A stretch of DNA of 64,000 bases from Oscillospiraceae bacterium (GTDB taxonomy: Bacteria; Bacillota; Clostridia; Oscillospirales; Ruminococcaceae). The notes under the pieces were generated by a model, which did no database searches, was not told the DNA's origin, and was given only the letters and a program-made list of their open reading frames with translations. The stretch's first letter is position 1. Each line of letters starts with the position of its first letter. The stretch is taken from assembly GCA_015067175.1 (NCBI GenBank), contig SVMX01000008.1:1888-65887 (forward strand), in the 5' to 3' direction. Positions 20,126 to 29,268 of this stretch are shown one piece after another. The position numbers and the translations under genes were made by a program.

Positions 20126-21955
20126 TTAGTCCTGAAGTGCAGGCAGTGCATACTTCTTTCTGTAGCTCTCAAGCGATGTATTGAAATCAGATACCTCGGC
20201 ACGCTTCAGCGCAGTCATATATTCATGAGTATCCATGTTGTTTTCCTTGACCTGGATCATGCAAACTGCAATATTTGAACAATGGTCTGAAACACGCTCA
20301 AGGTTAGTCAGCAGGTCAGAGTGGATAAAGCCAAGCTCTATCGTGCACTTGCCCTCGCGCAGACGCTCAATATGGCGGCTCTTCAGCTCGCTTCTGAGGT
20401 CGTCGATAACGTCCTCAAGAGGCTCTACCTGCTTAGCAAGGGATATATCAGATGCGTTGAATGCGTCAATAGATTTGTTCAGTATCTCCTCGACCGCATC
20501 GGTAATAACATCGATCTCTTTGAGCGCTTCATCGGAGAAGCGTATCTTCTTCTGATGCATCTCCTCGGCAGCCTCAACGATGTTTACGGCGTGGTCTGAA
20601 ATACGCTCAAGATCGCCGATAGTGTGCAGAAGCTTTGATGCAACCTTGCTGTCATGCTCGTTAAGATCCTTTGCGGTTACCTTCAGCAGATAAGAACCGA
20701 TCTTATCCTCGTAAATATCTATAGTGGTTTCATTTTCAATGATCTCTGCCGCTTTTTTTGCGTCATATTTGTCAACAAGCTTCAAAGAGTCGATGATAGT
20801 TTTTCTTGTGAGATCAGCCATTCTGATGCATACGTTGCGGCACTGCTCAATGGCGATACCGGGAGTTACCAGCAAACGGTCGTCAAGCATGGGCATCTGT
20901 GCGTCCTCTTCGCCCTTCTTGTTGCGAACAGTAAGGCAAGCAAGCTTTTCAAGCTGCTTTGTAAAGGGCAGGAACAGGCAGGTAGCCAGAACGTTAAACG
21001 CCGAGTGGATTATCGGGATACTTGTACCGATAAGCGGCTCGTTCATAAAGCTGAAATTTACAAAGGAATTGATAAGATAGAAAATGCTGAGAAGAACTAC
21101 CGTGCCTATAACGTTGAAGTACAAATGCACGATAGCAACGCGCTTTGCGGCCTTGTTTGCGCCAATCGAAGAAATAAGCGCGGTAACGCAGGTACCGATG
21201 TTCTGACCGAGCAGGATAGGAAGCGCCATTGCGTGGGTGATAGTGCCTGTGGAATCGGCAACCGTCTGGAGTATGCCGACAGAAGCGGAGGACGACTGGA
21301 TTATCGCAGTGAGAAGCGCACCAGCAATAACACCGAGAACAGGGTTTGTGAACATTGTCATTATGTCCCTGAATTCGGGGATATCCTTAAGGCCCGAAAC
21401 AGCGTCGGACATCTGATCCATACCGAACATCAGAACGGCGAAGCCGAGCAGGATGGTTGCTATATTATGCTTCTTATCGGATTTTGTGAACATTATAAGA
21501 ATGATACCGATAAGCGCAAGAACAGGTGTGAATGAAGATGGCTTTAAAAATTCGAGGAAGCCTGTGCCCTCAATAGAGTTTGTGGACAGCAGCCATGCAG
21601 TAACTGTAGTACCTACGTTTGCGCCCATGATAACGCCGATAGCCTGACGCAGCTTCATGATACCCGAGTTTACAAAGCCGACCATCATGACCGTAGTAGC
21701 AGAGGAAGACTGGATAACAGCTGTGACGCCCATACCGAGCAGAACGCCCTTAACAGGGTTTGATGTAAGCTTTTCAAGCCATTTTTCAAGCTTACCGCCC
21801 GCAAGCTTTTCAAGCGAAGCGCTTAATGTATTCATTCCGAAAAGGAACATTGCCAAACCGCCAAGCAGCGCAAGTATCTGGAAGATACCAAATTCAGCGG
21901 CGGGAGCTTCAGCAGTCACAGCCTGTGAAATGGTTTGGAACAGTAATAAATCCAT
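20126..21955 (-). CDS. Na+/Pi cotransporter with PhoU domains
   Basis: IQSSSA repeated twice, GANVGTT/GQNIGTC, and ERISDHA/ERVSDHC PhoU repeats. Confidence 0.93.
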   Translation of the reverse strand: MDLLLFQTISQAVTAEAPAAEFGIFQILALLGGLAMFLFGMNTLSASLEKLAGGKLEKWLEKLTSNPVKGVLLGMGVTAVIQSSSATTVMMVGFVNSGIMKLRQAIGVIMGANVGTTVTAWLLSTNSIEGTGFLEFLKPSSFTPVLALIGIILIMFTKSDKKHNIATILLGFAVLMFGMDQMSDAVSGLKDIPEFRDIMTMFTNPVLGVIAGALLTAIIQSSSASVGILQTVADSTGTITHAMALPILLGQNIGTCVTALISSIGANKAAKRVAIVHLYFNVIGTVVLLSIFYLINSFVNFSFMNEPLIGTSIPIIHSAFNVLATCLFLPFTKQLEKLACLTVRNKKGEEDAQMPMLDDRLLVTPGIAIEQCRNVCIRMADLTRKTIIDSLKLVDKYDAKKAAEIIENETTIDIYEDKIGSYLLKVTAKDLNEHDSKVASKLLHTIGDLERISDHAVNIVEAAEEMHQKKIRFSDEALKEIDVITDAVEEILNKSIDAFNASDISLAKQVEPLEDVIDDLRSELKSRHIERLREGKCTIELGFIHSDLLTNLERVSDHCSNIAVCMIQVKENNMDTHEYMTALKRAEVSDFNTSLESYRKKYALPALQD

Positions 21956-22467
21956 TTGTGTTCTCCTTTGAATTTTGAGCGATCTTTCTTTATCGCTTCC
22001 GTCTTAACTTTTTTGCAGTCAACATTATTATACAAGATTTTTGCTCAATTGTACAGTGGTTTTCACGTTTTTTAAAATTTTCCCCAAAATCCATAATTTA
22101 TTTTTTCTAAATCTCGTTTTTCTGTCAAATTTGCGTATAAAACTGCATTACAATAAGGTTTTCAGCAAAGTTTCGGTAAAGATAACTCGTGAAAAAAGCG
22201 ATATAAAGGCTCAATGATACAGCATCTGTACAGAATTGTAAAAATGACCGATTTTGCCGATTTCAGAGGTTTTTTTATGTTGATTTTGCCAGAATTATTA
22301 TAAACTAAATGTTAAACCGCAACAAATATGCGACAGCTTGTCCCTTTTGGGACACAATGCACCCCTCCGCCCATTGAAATAATTCAGCAGCTTAATGTAT
22401 AATAGTATAGTAATTATGTGATATTTTGTACAAAAGCTGCCCAAGCAAGGCGCTTAAAGGAGCATAT

Positions 22468-23178
22468 ATGAAAGAAAAAAGGGAACTGCCGAAGCAGTCG
22501 CTTTGGGGAAAGATATTCCAAAAGCTGCTTACTGCAACGGTTTATTTTCTGTTCAGACCCAAAATAGTCTGGGAGGACAAAAAATATAAAAAACTGCTGA
22601 AAAATCAGCCCGCGGTATTTGTCGCAAATCACACACACCACTTTGACGGCGCATTTTCGGGCGCGGTTCTGGGCAGATTCAAGCCTTATGTGCTGGTGCA
22701 GAAAAGCTGGTACGATAAAAAGGGCGTGGGTACCGCGATACGCTGGTGCAGATGTATGCCGATAGACCTAAGCGGCGCAGACGCCGATTGGTACATAAAC
22801 GCTGAGCAGCTTATAAAAGACGGCGGCTCTATGGTGATATTCCCCGAAGGCGGTATTGCCCGCAGCGGTAAAATGCAGCAGTTCAAGCCGGGCGCGGCGC
22901 TTCTGTCTGCGGCAACGGGCGCTGTGATAGTTCCTGCTGCAATATACGGCGAATATAAAATGGTATTCGGCAAAAGGCAAAAGCTGCTGATAGGAAAGCC
23001 TATCGAAAGCTGCTGCCCCGAGGATATGCGCCACTCAAAATACGCGCGTCAGCTCATAAGCAAGGCTGAGCTTGAGGTAAGACGTCTGTATGGAGTTCTC
23101 GAAACGCAGTACGGCAAGCTCAAGGTATACGACGATGATAATTTCGCCGCTCCCGAAAAGGAAGCTGTCACAAACTAA
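22468..23178 (+). CDS. PlsC-family (lysophospholipid) acyltransferase
   Basis: NHTHHFD (HX4D), IFPEG, FKPGAA; ATG follows AAGGAG. Confidence 0.85.
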   Translation: MKEKRELPKQSLWGKIFQKLLTATVYFLFRPKIVWEDKKYKKLLKNQPAVFVANHTHHFDGAFSGAVLGRFKPYVLVQKSWYDKKGVGTAIRWCRCMPIDLSGADADWYINAEQLIKDGGSMVIFPEGGIARSGKMQQFKPGAALLSAATGAVIVPAAIYGEYKMVFGKRQKLLIGKPIESCCPEDMRHSKYARQLISKAELEVRRLYGVLETQYGKLKVYDDDNFAAPEKEAVTN

Positions 23179-23274
23179 GTAAAACAGCGGGCAGACCCGC
23201 AGAAATATATAATGTTCTCTAAAAATCCGTTTATTAACCGATTTTTAGAGTCCAAAAAGAAAGAGGTATTTATT

Positions 23275-23520
23275 ATGAACATCGAAATCGCAGAAAAGAT
23301 CAAGGCAATGCTGGTTGAAAACCTTAGAATCCCCGCTGACGAGCTGGAGTTTACATCTGAGCTGTTCGGCGATGATATCGGACTTGACTCCATCGACTCC
23401 ATCGAGATCATTGCAGGTATTGACAGCCTGTTCGGCGTGCAGATGACAGGCGCTGCAAGAGAGCATTTCCAGACCATCGAGAGCCTCACAGCTTACGTTG
23501 AGGCAAATATGGGTGCATAA
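23275..23520 (+). CDS. Acyl carrier protein
   Basis: LFGDDIGLDSIDSIEI with the phosphopantetheine Ser; acidic 81 aa. Confidence 0.92.
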   Translation: MNIEIAEKIKAMLVENLRIPADELEFTSELFGDDIGLDSIDSIEIIAGIDSLFGVQMTGAAREHFQTIESLTAYVEANMGA

Positions 23521-23521
23521 T

Positions 23522-25789
23522 ATGGCAAACTCCAGAAGATGTGTTGTAACAGGTCTCGGACTTATCTGCGCGCTCGGTGAAAACACCGATCAGTGCTGGA
23601 GCGCTGCGATAAACGGCGTTACAGGCATACGCGAGGTAAAGTCCGTTGACGCTTCGGAATGCTATGCCAACATGGGCGCAGAAGTTTCCGCCCCCAACGG
23701 CGAGCTTTCCCACGAGGACTATGACCGCGCTTCTCTGCTTTGCATAAAGGCGGCAGGCGAGGCACTTGCAGATGCAGGCTACACCAAGAACAGCTTTGAC
23801 GACAAGCGCATCGGCGTTATCGTCGGAAACTGCGTTGGCGGCGCTGCAAGCATTGATGTATACTACACCGACAAGAAAAACGGCTGCGAAAAGGCCTCCG
23901 ATATCCTTAAAATGCCCGCTGCGGCTATCGCAAACAACGTGGCTATGCACTTCGGACTTAACGGCGCAACCGCAAATATCGTGAACGCTTGTGCGGCAGG
24001 CACGATGAGCCTTGCATACGCTTGCGACCTTATTCGCTCGGGTAAGGCTGACGCTTTCGTTGCAGGCGGCTCCGACAGCTTCACTTCGCTTGCTTTTGCA
24101 GGCTTCCACGCACTCCACGCGCTTGCGGCAGGCCCTTGCTCTCCCTTTAACCAGAGCAACGGTATCACCCTCGGCGAGGGCGCAGGTATACTTATCGTTG
24201 AAAGCTATGAGCACGCTGTAAAGCGCGGCGCTAAGATCTATTGTGAGATACTGGGCAGCGGCGTAAGCTCCGACGCTCACCACATCACAGCTCCCCGCCC
24301 CGACGGCGAGGGTCAGATGTCCGCTATAAAGCGCGCTGTAAAGAACAGCGGTCTTAGCTTCACGGATATCGACTACATAAACGCTCACGGCACAGGCACA
24401 GCAAAGAACGACGAGGCTGAGTTCCTCTCTCTGCATACACTTTTCGACGGAAATGACCACGTTTCGGTAAGCTCCACAAAGTCCATGACAGGTCACTGTC
24501 TCGGTGCGGCAGGCTCTATCGAAGCAGTGCTGACCGTAAAGGCTGTTTGCGAGGATACACTCCCCCCCACTATCGGCTATGCGGACGAGCATCTTGACAC
24601 GCTTAAAGAAAAAGCGGGCGATATCGACTTTATTGCCAACACAAAGCGCGAAAAGAAAGTCAACTACGCTGTTTCGAACTCCTTTGCATTCGGCGGCAAT
24701 AATGCGAGCATCGTGTTCGCAAAGAACGAGCACGCCATTCCCGACAGCACCAATAAGCTGCGCATCTATATCACAGGTATAGGCGAGCTTTGCGGCACTG
24801 CCGAAACCGAGGACGGCAAGGGTATGCGCGCCGATATAACCTCCGACGACTATAAAGAGCATGGCATTAAGATGGCGTTCTACCGCAAGCTTGACCGCTT
24901 CAGTCAGCTTCAGCTCATTTCGGGCATGAGAGCGCTTGCAGACGCAAATATCACAGTTGACGAAACAAACGAAAATGATATCGGTATAATCATAGGCACA
25001 GCCGACGGTCCTCTCACTGAGATCGTGAACTTCCAAAAGACCGTCATCGAAAACGGCACCGCAAACGGCAGTGCGTTCAGCTTCCCAAACACCGTATACA
25101 ATGCGGCAGGCGGCTATTTCAGCATTTTCGCGGGAATAAAAGGCTATAACGTCACCGTTGCAAACGGCATTCAGGCAGGTATACAGAGCATCTGCTATGC
25201 TGCCGATGTTATCCACAACGGCGAGGAGTCCATAATGGTCGCAACGGGCACGGACGAAAACACCGATGTTACCTATGAGCTTTACGAAAAGCTTGGCTAT
25301 ACGGCTAAGGACGACAAGGGCTTCACTCTCGGCGAGGGCTCTGTATCGCTTATCCTCGAAAGCGAGGAGAGTGCGAATAAGCGCGGCGCAAAGAAGCTGT
25401 GCGAGATAGTCGGCACTTCCATGACCCACAAGGCAGTGGAATTCGGCAGCCTTATCGGCTCCGAGGACGCGCTGAAGCGCGCTGTAACAGAGGCTTGCGC
25501 TGAAGCAGGTATCTCGGTCGGCGATATAGACGCTGTCTGCGGCTTTGCAAACGGTAATAAAGCTCTTGATGATATGGAAGCCGCTGTTTACAGCGAGCTG
25601 TTCGCAAATAAGCCTGTTATCATCAATGTGAGAAATGATATCGGCGAAGCAAGAGCTGCTGCTGCAACAAAGCAGGTCGCTCATGCGGCTGAGCTTCTCG
25701 GCGAAGCAGACTGCAAATACACCTACATACTTGCCGCTGCGGCAGGCGTAGGCGGTTCTTACTCTGCGGTCGTACTGAAAAAGGCTTGA
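23522..25789 (+). CDS. Beta-ketoacyl-ACP synthase fused to an inactive KS (chain-length-factor-like) domain
   Basis: N-domain has NACAAG, AHGTGT, KSMTGH, SNSFAFGG. The C-domain has the KS pattern (RKLDRFS, FPNTV.NA, LGEGS) but NGIQAG/FANG/GEAR replace the catalytic triad. Confidence 0.88.
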   Translation: MANSRRCVVTGLGLICALGENTDQCWSAAINGVTGIREVKSVDASECYANMGAEVSAPNGELSHEDYDRASLLCIKAAGEALADAGYTKNSFDDKRIGVIVGNCVGGAASIDVYYTDKKNGCEKASDILKMPAAAIANNVAMHFGLNGATANIVNACAAGTMSLAYACDLIRSGKADAFVAGGSDSFTSLAFAGFHALHALAAGPCSPFNQSNGITLGEGAGILIVESYEHAVKRGAKIYCEILGSGVSSDAHHITAPRPDGEGQMSAIKRAVKNSGLSFTDIDYINAHGTGTAKNDEAEFLSLHTLFDGNDHVSVSSTKSMTGHCLGAAGSIEAVLTVKAVCEDTLPPTIGYADEHLDTLKEKAGDIDFIANTKREKKVNYAVSNSFAFGGNNASIVFAKNEHAIPDSTNKLRIYITGIGELCGTAETEDGKGMRADITSDDYKEHGIKMAFYRKLDRFSQLQLISGMRALADANITVDETNENDIGIIIGTADGPLTEIVNFQKTVIENGTANGSAFSFPNTVYNAAGGYFSIFAGIKGYNVTVANGIQAGIQSICYAADVIHNGEESIMVATGTDENTDVTYELYEKLGYTAKDDKGFTLGEGSVSLILESEESANKRGAKKLCEIVGTSMTHKAVEFGSLIGSEDALKRAVTEACAEAGISVGDIDAVCGFANGNKALDDMEAAVYSELFANKPVIINVRNDIGEARAAAATKQVAHAAELLGEADCKYTYILAAAAGVGGSYSAVVLKKA

Positions 25790-25874
25790 TAAATAGTTTT
25801 GGCGGACTGAATAAGTCCGCCAAATATATAACAAAAAGTAATTCTCATAAATATAACAACAGGAGGTTATAAAT

Positions 25875-26606
25875 TTGGCTAAGGTTGCAATCGTAACAGG
25901 CGCTTCCCGTGGTATCGGAAAGGCTTGTGCAATAAAGCTTGCAGAGTGCGGCTATGATGTTGCAGTAAACTATGTGAGCAACGAGGCAAAGGCTCAGGAG
26001 GTCGTTGCCGCTATCGAGGCACTCGGACAGAAAGCTATCGCGGTAAAAGCGGACACCGCAGACTTAAAGCAGGTGCAGGATATGTTCCGCGAGGTGCACA
26101 AGACCTTTGGTCAGCTTGATGTGCTTGTAAACAACGCAGGCGTTGTAGACGACGCTTATCTGCTGATGATAAACGAGGACTCCCTCACAAGAAGCCTTGA
26201 CATAAACATCAAGGGCTATTTCCACTGCGCACAGCAGGCGGCTCTCAAGATGATGAGAACAGGCGGACGCATCGTAAACGTGTCCTCTGTAAGCTCGGTG
26301 CTTGCAGTTGAGGGACAGGGCGTTTACTCTGCGACAAAGGGCGCTGTAAACTCCATGACCGCAACACTCGCAAAGGAGCTTGCTCCCCGCAATATCCTTG
26401 TAAACGCCGTAGCCCCCGGTTTTATCGAGACCGAAATGATGGATGCTATCCCCGAGGAGAAAAAGGAAGAATACATCAAGGCTATCCCCATGCACAAATA
26501 CGGCAAGGCAGAGGACGTTGCAAACGTTGTTGCACAGCTCTGCTCCGACAACTTCGGCTATATGACGGGACAGGTGCTCGTTCTTGACGGAGGATTAAGC
26601 TTATGA
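25875..26606 (+). CDS. 3-oxoacyl-ACP reductase (FabG-like SDR)
   Basis: TGASRGIG, NNAG, YSATK, PGFIET; TTG start after AGGAGG. Confidence 0.9.
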   Translation: MAKVAIVTGASRGIGKACAIKLAECGYDVAVNYVSNEAKAQEVVAAIEALGQKAIAVKADTADLKQVQDMFREVHKTFGQLDVLVNNAGVVDDAYLLMINEDSLTRSLDINIKGYFHCAQQAALKMMRTGGRIVNVSSVSSVLAVEGQGVYSATKGAVNSMTATLAKELAPRNILVNAVAPGFIETEMMDAIPEEKKEEYIKAIPMHKYGKAEDVANVVAQLCSDNFGYMTGQVLVLDGGLSL

Positions 26607-27052
26607 TGAATCTGCTTGAAATAAACCAGCGCATAAAGCAGCGCCCGCCCTTTCAGATGATAGAGCGCGTGCTGGAATTAGAGCCTAACGTATCTGCAAA
26701 GGGCATCAAAAATGTATCGGTGAACGAGCCTTATTTTATCGGCCACTTCCCTGACGCGCCGATAATGCCCGGCGTACTCGTTATTGAGTCCGCGGCACAG
26801 CTTTGCAGCCTTGTTATCGCGCCCGATGACGCGGCAAGTGATGAGAACAAGCTGTATGTTCTGCTTAAGGTCAAGGACTTTAAGTTTTTAAAGCCTGTTA
26901 TCCCGGGCGATACACTCACTATCGACGTAAAGGTAGTTCTCGCATCCTCGGGACTGTATGAGTTCTCTGCCGTTATTTCGGTAGACGGAGTTACAAAGGC
27001 AAAGGGAAATATGCTGTTTACAACAATGGATAAGAGCGCTGTATATGGATAA
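26603..27052 (+). CDS. 3-hydroxyacyl-ACP dehydratase (FabZ-like)
   Basis: PFQMIERV, KNVSVNEPYF.GHFP..PIMPGVLVIE. Confidence 0.92.
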   Translation: MMNLLEINQRIKQRPPFQMIERVLELEPNVSAKGIKNVSVNEPYFIGHFPDAPIMPGVLVIESAAQLCSLVIAPDDAASDENKLYVLLKVKDFKFLKPVIPGDTLTIDVKVVLASSGLYEFSAVISVDGVTKAKGNMLFTTMDKSAVYG

Positions 27053-27659
27053 GATAATTGATTTTTCCGCTTGCGTTGCATCGGGCGGCGATAATCTTCG
27101 CCCGCGAATAGAGCAGGCGCGCGAGCTTTACTCCCCCATGAGCGAGGAGTATTTCAACCGAATAATCTCAAAGTCGGGGCGCACATTCACAGAGAGTGCC
27201 TGCGGCTTTCTGCTGCTGGATAACCTGCTTTCAAAGCACGGAATTGAAAAGAGCGGACTTGTCATCTCCCGAAACGGCGACGGCAGACCCAGCCTTATCA
27301 ACAGGTTTGACGTGGATTTCAGCATCTCGCACTCGGACGGCGGAGTTATGTGCTGCCTTATGATAGGTGACGAAGCAAGGATAGGCTGCGATATCCAGTG
27401 TGTGCGCAGCTATGACGATGAAAAAAATGCTACACTCGCCGAGATATTCATGCCTGCAAAGGACTACACCGAGTTTCTGACCACTCGCAGCGAGGATCTG
27501 TTTTACACTATCTGGACGCGGCGAGAGGCTTTCATAAAGCACAGCGGCGGAGATGTTTTTGCAGACCTGCGCGATATAAATTTCCATGCTGACGGCTACC
27601 GCACAGGCGTTATTCACGCCTGCGGCAAGAAGTATTACTACAGCATTTTCAGCGAATGA
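27045..27659 (+). CDS. 4'-phosphopantetheinyl transferase (Sfp-type)
   Basis: GRP, FSISHS, IGCDIQ, FY.IWTRREAFIK. Confidence 0.85.
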   Translation: MDKIIDFSACVASGGDNLRPRIEQARELYSPMSEEYFNRIISKSGRTFTESACGFLLLDNLLSKHGIEKSGLVISRNGDGRPSLINRFDVDFSISHSDGGVMCCLMIGDEARIGCDIQCVRSYDDEKNATLAEIFMPAKDYTEFLTTRSEDLFYTIWTRREAFIKHSGGDVFADLRDINFHADGYRTGVIHACGKKYYYSIFSE

Positions 27660-27670
27660 CGGAGGGCGCT

Positions 27671-28378
27671 ATGAAAGTATTAGTCATAAACGCAAGCCCC
27701 CGTCCCGAGCGCAGCAACACAATGAACATCACGCGCGCATTCATAAAGGGATTTCCCGAAAACACCGAGGTCGAGTATGTCACTCTGAACAAGCTTGACA
27801 TAAAGCCCTGCCTCGGCTGCTATTCCTGTTGGGACAAGACCCCGGGAAAATGCGTGATTAAGGACGATATGCAGCAGCTTCACGAAAAGATACGCGAAGC
27901 CGATGTGATAGTGCAGAGCTTCCCGCTGTATTTCTTCGGGATGCCATCACCGCTTAAATGCATGACAGACCGCTGTTTGCCGCTGACATTGCCCTACCTT
28001 GGAAATATCGTCGAGGACGAAAACGCGTCATTCCACGAGCTGCGCGACGAAACGATGCACAAAAAAAGCCTTGTCGTTATTTCGACCTGCGGCTATGTTG
28101 ACGCTGCTCATATGTATAAAGCGCTTGTAAAGCAGTATGACCTTATCGCAGGAGTTGGAAAATACACCGCAATTTTCTGCCCCGAGGGCGAGCTGTTCGT
28201 CACAGATAACGCAAAGCGTCAGCGCGAGGGCTATCTCTCTGATGTTACCGCCGCGGGCGCGGAATTTGCGCAGAACAGAACGCTCAGCGACGAAACTAAA
28301 AAGCGACTGTCAAAGCCTATCCTTTCACCGAAAGGCTTTGAAGCGATAACGCTTGCACACTGGGCACAGTTCAGATGA
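27671..28378 (+). CDS. Flavodoxin-fold iron-sulfur flavoprotein (FMN reductase family)
   Basis: INASPR...SNT, PCLGCYSCW....GKC, PLYF, K..TDR. Confidence 0.85.
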   Translation: MKVLVINASPRPERSNTMNITRAFIKGFPENTEVEYVTLNKLDIKPCLGCYSCWDKTPGKCVIKDDMQQLHEKIREADVIVQSFPLYFFGMPSPLKCMTDRCLPLTLPYLGNIVEDENASFHELRDETMHKKSLVVISTCGYVDAAHMYKALVKQYDLIAGVGKYTAIFCPEGELFVTDNAKRQREGYLSDVTAAGAEFAQNRTLSDETKKRLSKPILSPKGFEAITLAHWAQFR

Positions 28379-28397
28379 GACAAAACGGAGGGTTTTT

Positions 28398-28805
28398 ATG
28401 ATAACACAGCTTTTACAGGAGATCGAGGATCTCATAGGCTCGGACTATTTCCAATATGATATGGAAGAAAAGATGGAGCTTATAAAGCAAAACGGCGCAG
28501 GCATAGAAACAGTTGCCCCTATACTGGAGATAATGGAGCGTAACCCTCTTGAGGATTTCGGTATGCCGGGCGCTATGGTGCACTTTGCGGAAAGCTTCGG
28601 CGAAGAATACCAGCCGCTTCTGATAAACTCCTTAAAGAAAAGACCGTCAATGCATACGGTATGGATGCTCAACCGCTGCATAAACGGCAGCGCAAACAAA
28701 GACGAATATATCGCTTTGTTAAAGGAAATATCCGAGCGCACCGATATCGAAAAAGAAATACGGGACAGCGCAGAAGATTTCTACAAATTCCAGCTCGGAA
28801 AGTAA
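28398..28805 (+). CDS. Hypothetical alpha-helical protein, immunity-protein-like
   Basis: E.NP..DFG.PG..VH..E and P...TVWMLNR motifs; ATG follows GGAGG. Confidence 0.6.
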   Translation: MITQLLQEIEDLIGSDYFQYDMEEKMELIKQNGAGIETVAPILEIMERNPLEDFGMPGAMVHFAESFGEEYQPLLINSLKKRPSMHTVWMLNRCINGSANKDEYIALLKEISERTDIEKEIRDSAEDFYKFQLGK

Positions 28806-28814
28806 GGAGCAGTA

Positions 28815-29135
28815 ATGTTCGGAAGAAAAAAGAAAAAGCACAAGGACAGTATGTCGCTTGAAAGCATACTTGCTCTGAACTACAAAAGGATACAATACGC
28901 TTCTATGCGCGACCCCGACACATATAAAGAGATACGCCTCGGCACAGACGGTGCTATAAACATCATCGGCGACAAGCTGCACGTCGTTTGCTCGGGCGAA
29001 AGCGTGTTTTCCTGCACTCTTGACGAGGTCTCAGCAGGCGAGCTTATGAGCCATGACGGAATAGTGCTGAAAGGCTTCGACCATATCTCCGGCGAGGAGC
29101 GTACAGTCACTGCGTTTTATCTGAAAAAAGACTGA
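28815..29135 (+). CDS. Hypothetical protein
   Basis: AAGGAG RBS, host-like codons; no family recognised. Confidence 0.6.
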   Translation: MFGRKKKKHKDSMSLESILALNYKRIQYASMRDPDTYKEIRLGTDGAINIIGDKLHVVCSGESVFSCTLDEVSAGELMSHDGIVLKGFDHISGEERTVTAFYLKKD

Positions 29136-29176
29136 AACGACACGCTCAAGTTTTTTCAACAGGCTATAGGTATTTA

Positions 29177-29211
29177 AGTCCTCTCTTTTTCGGACAGAAA
29201 AAGAGAGGACT
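29177..29211. promoter_or_regulatory. 14-bp inverted repeat upstream of the AraC gene (operator or terminator)
   Basis: AGTCCTCTCTTTTT-N7-AAAAAGAGAGGACT just upstream of a TATAAT. Confidence 0.5.
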
Positions 29212-29268
29212 ATATTAAAACTCTGATATATAATATTTGAAGAAGCTTATCGAAAGGAGCGAACAAAA

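Noticed and set aside
23486-25834. 782-aa antisense ORF over the KS gene, and similar long shadow ORFs over pckG, pgi, gpsA, ilvE, glyQS, thrS and purL
   Set aside because: They mirror genes with clear family motifs and have no motifs of their own; codon bias in the real gene explains the lack of antisense stops.
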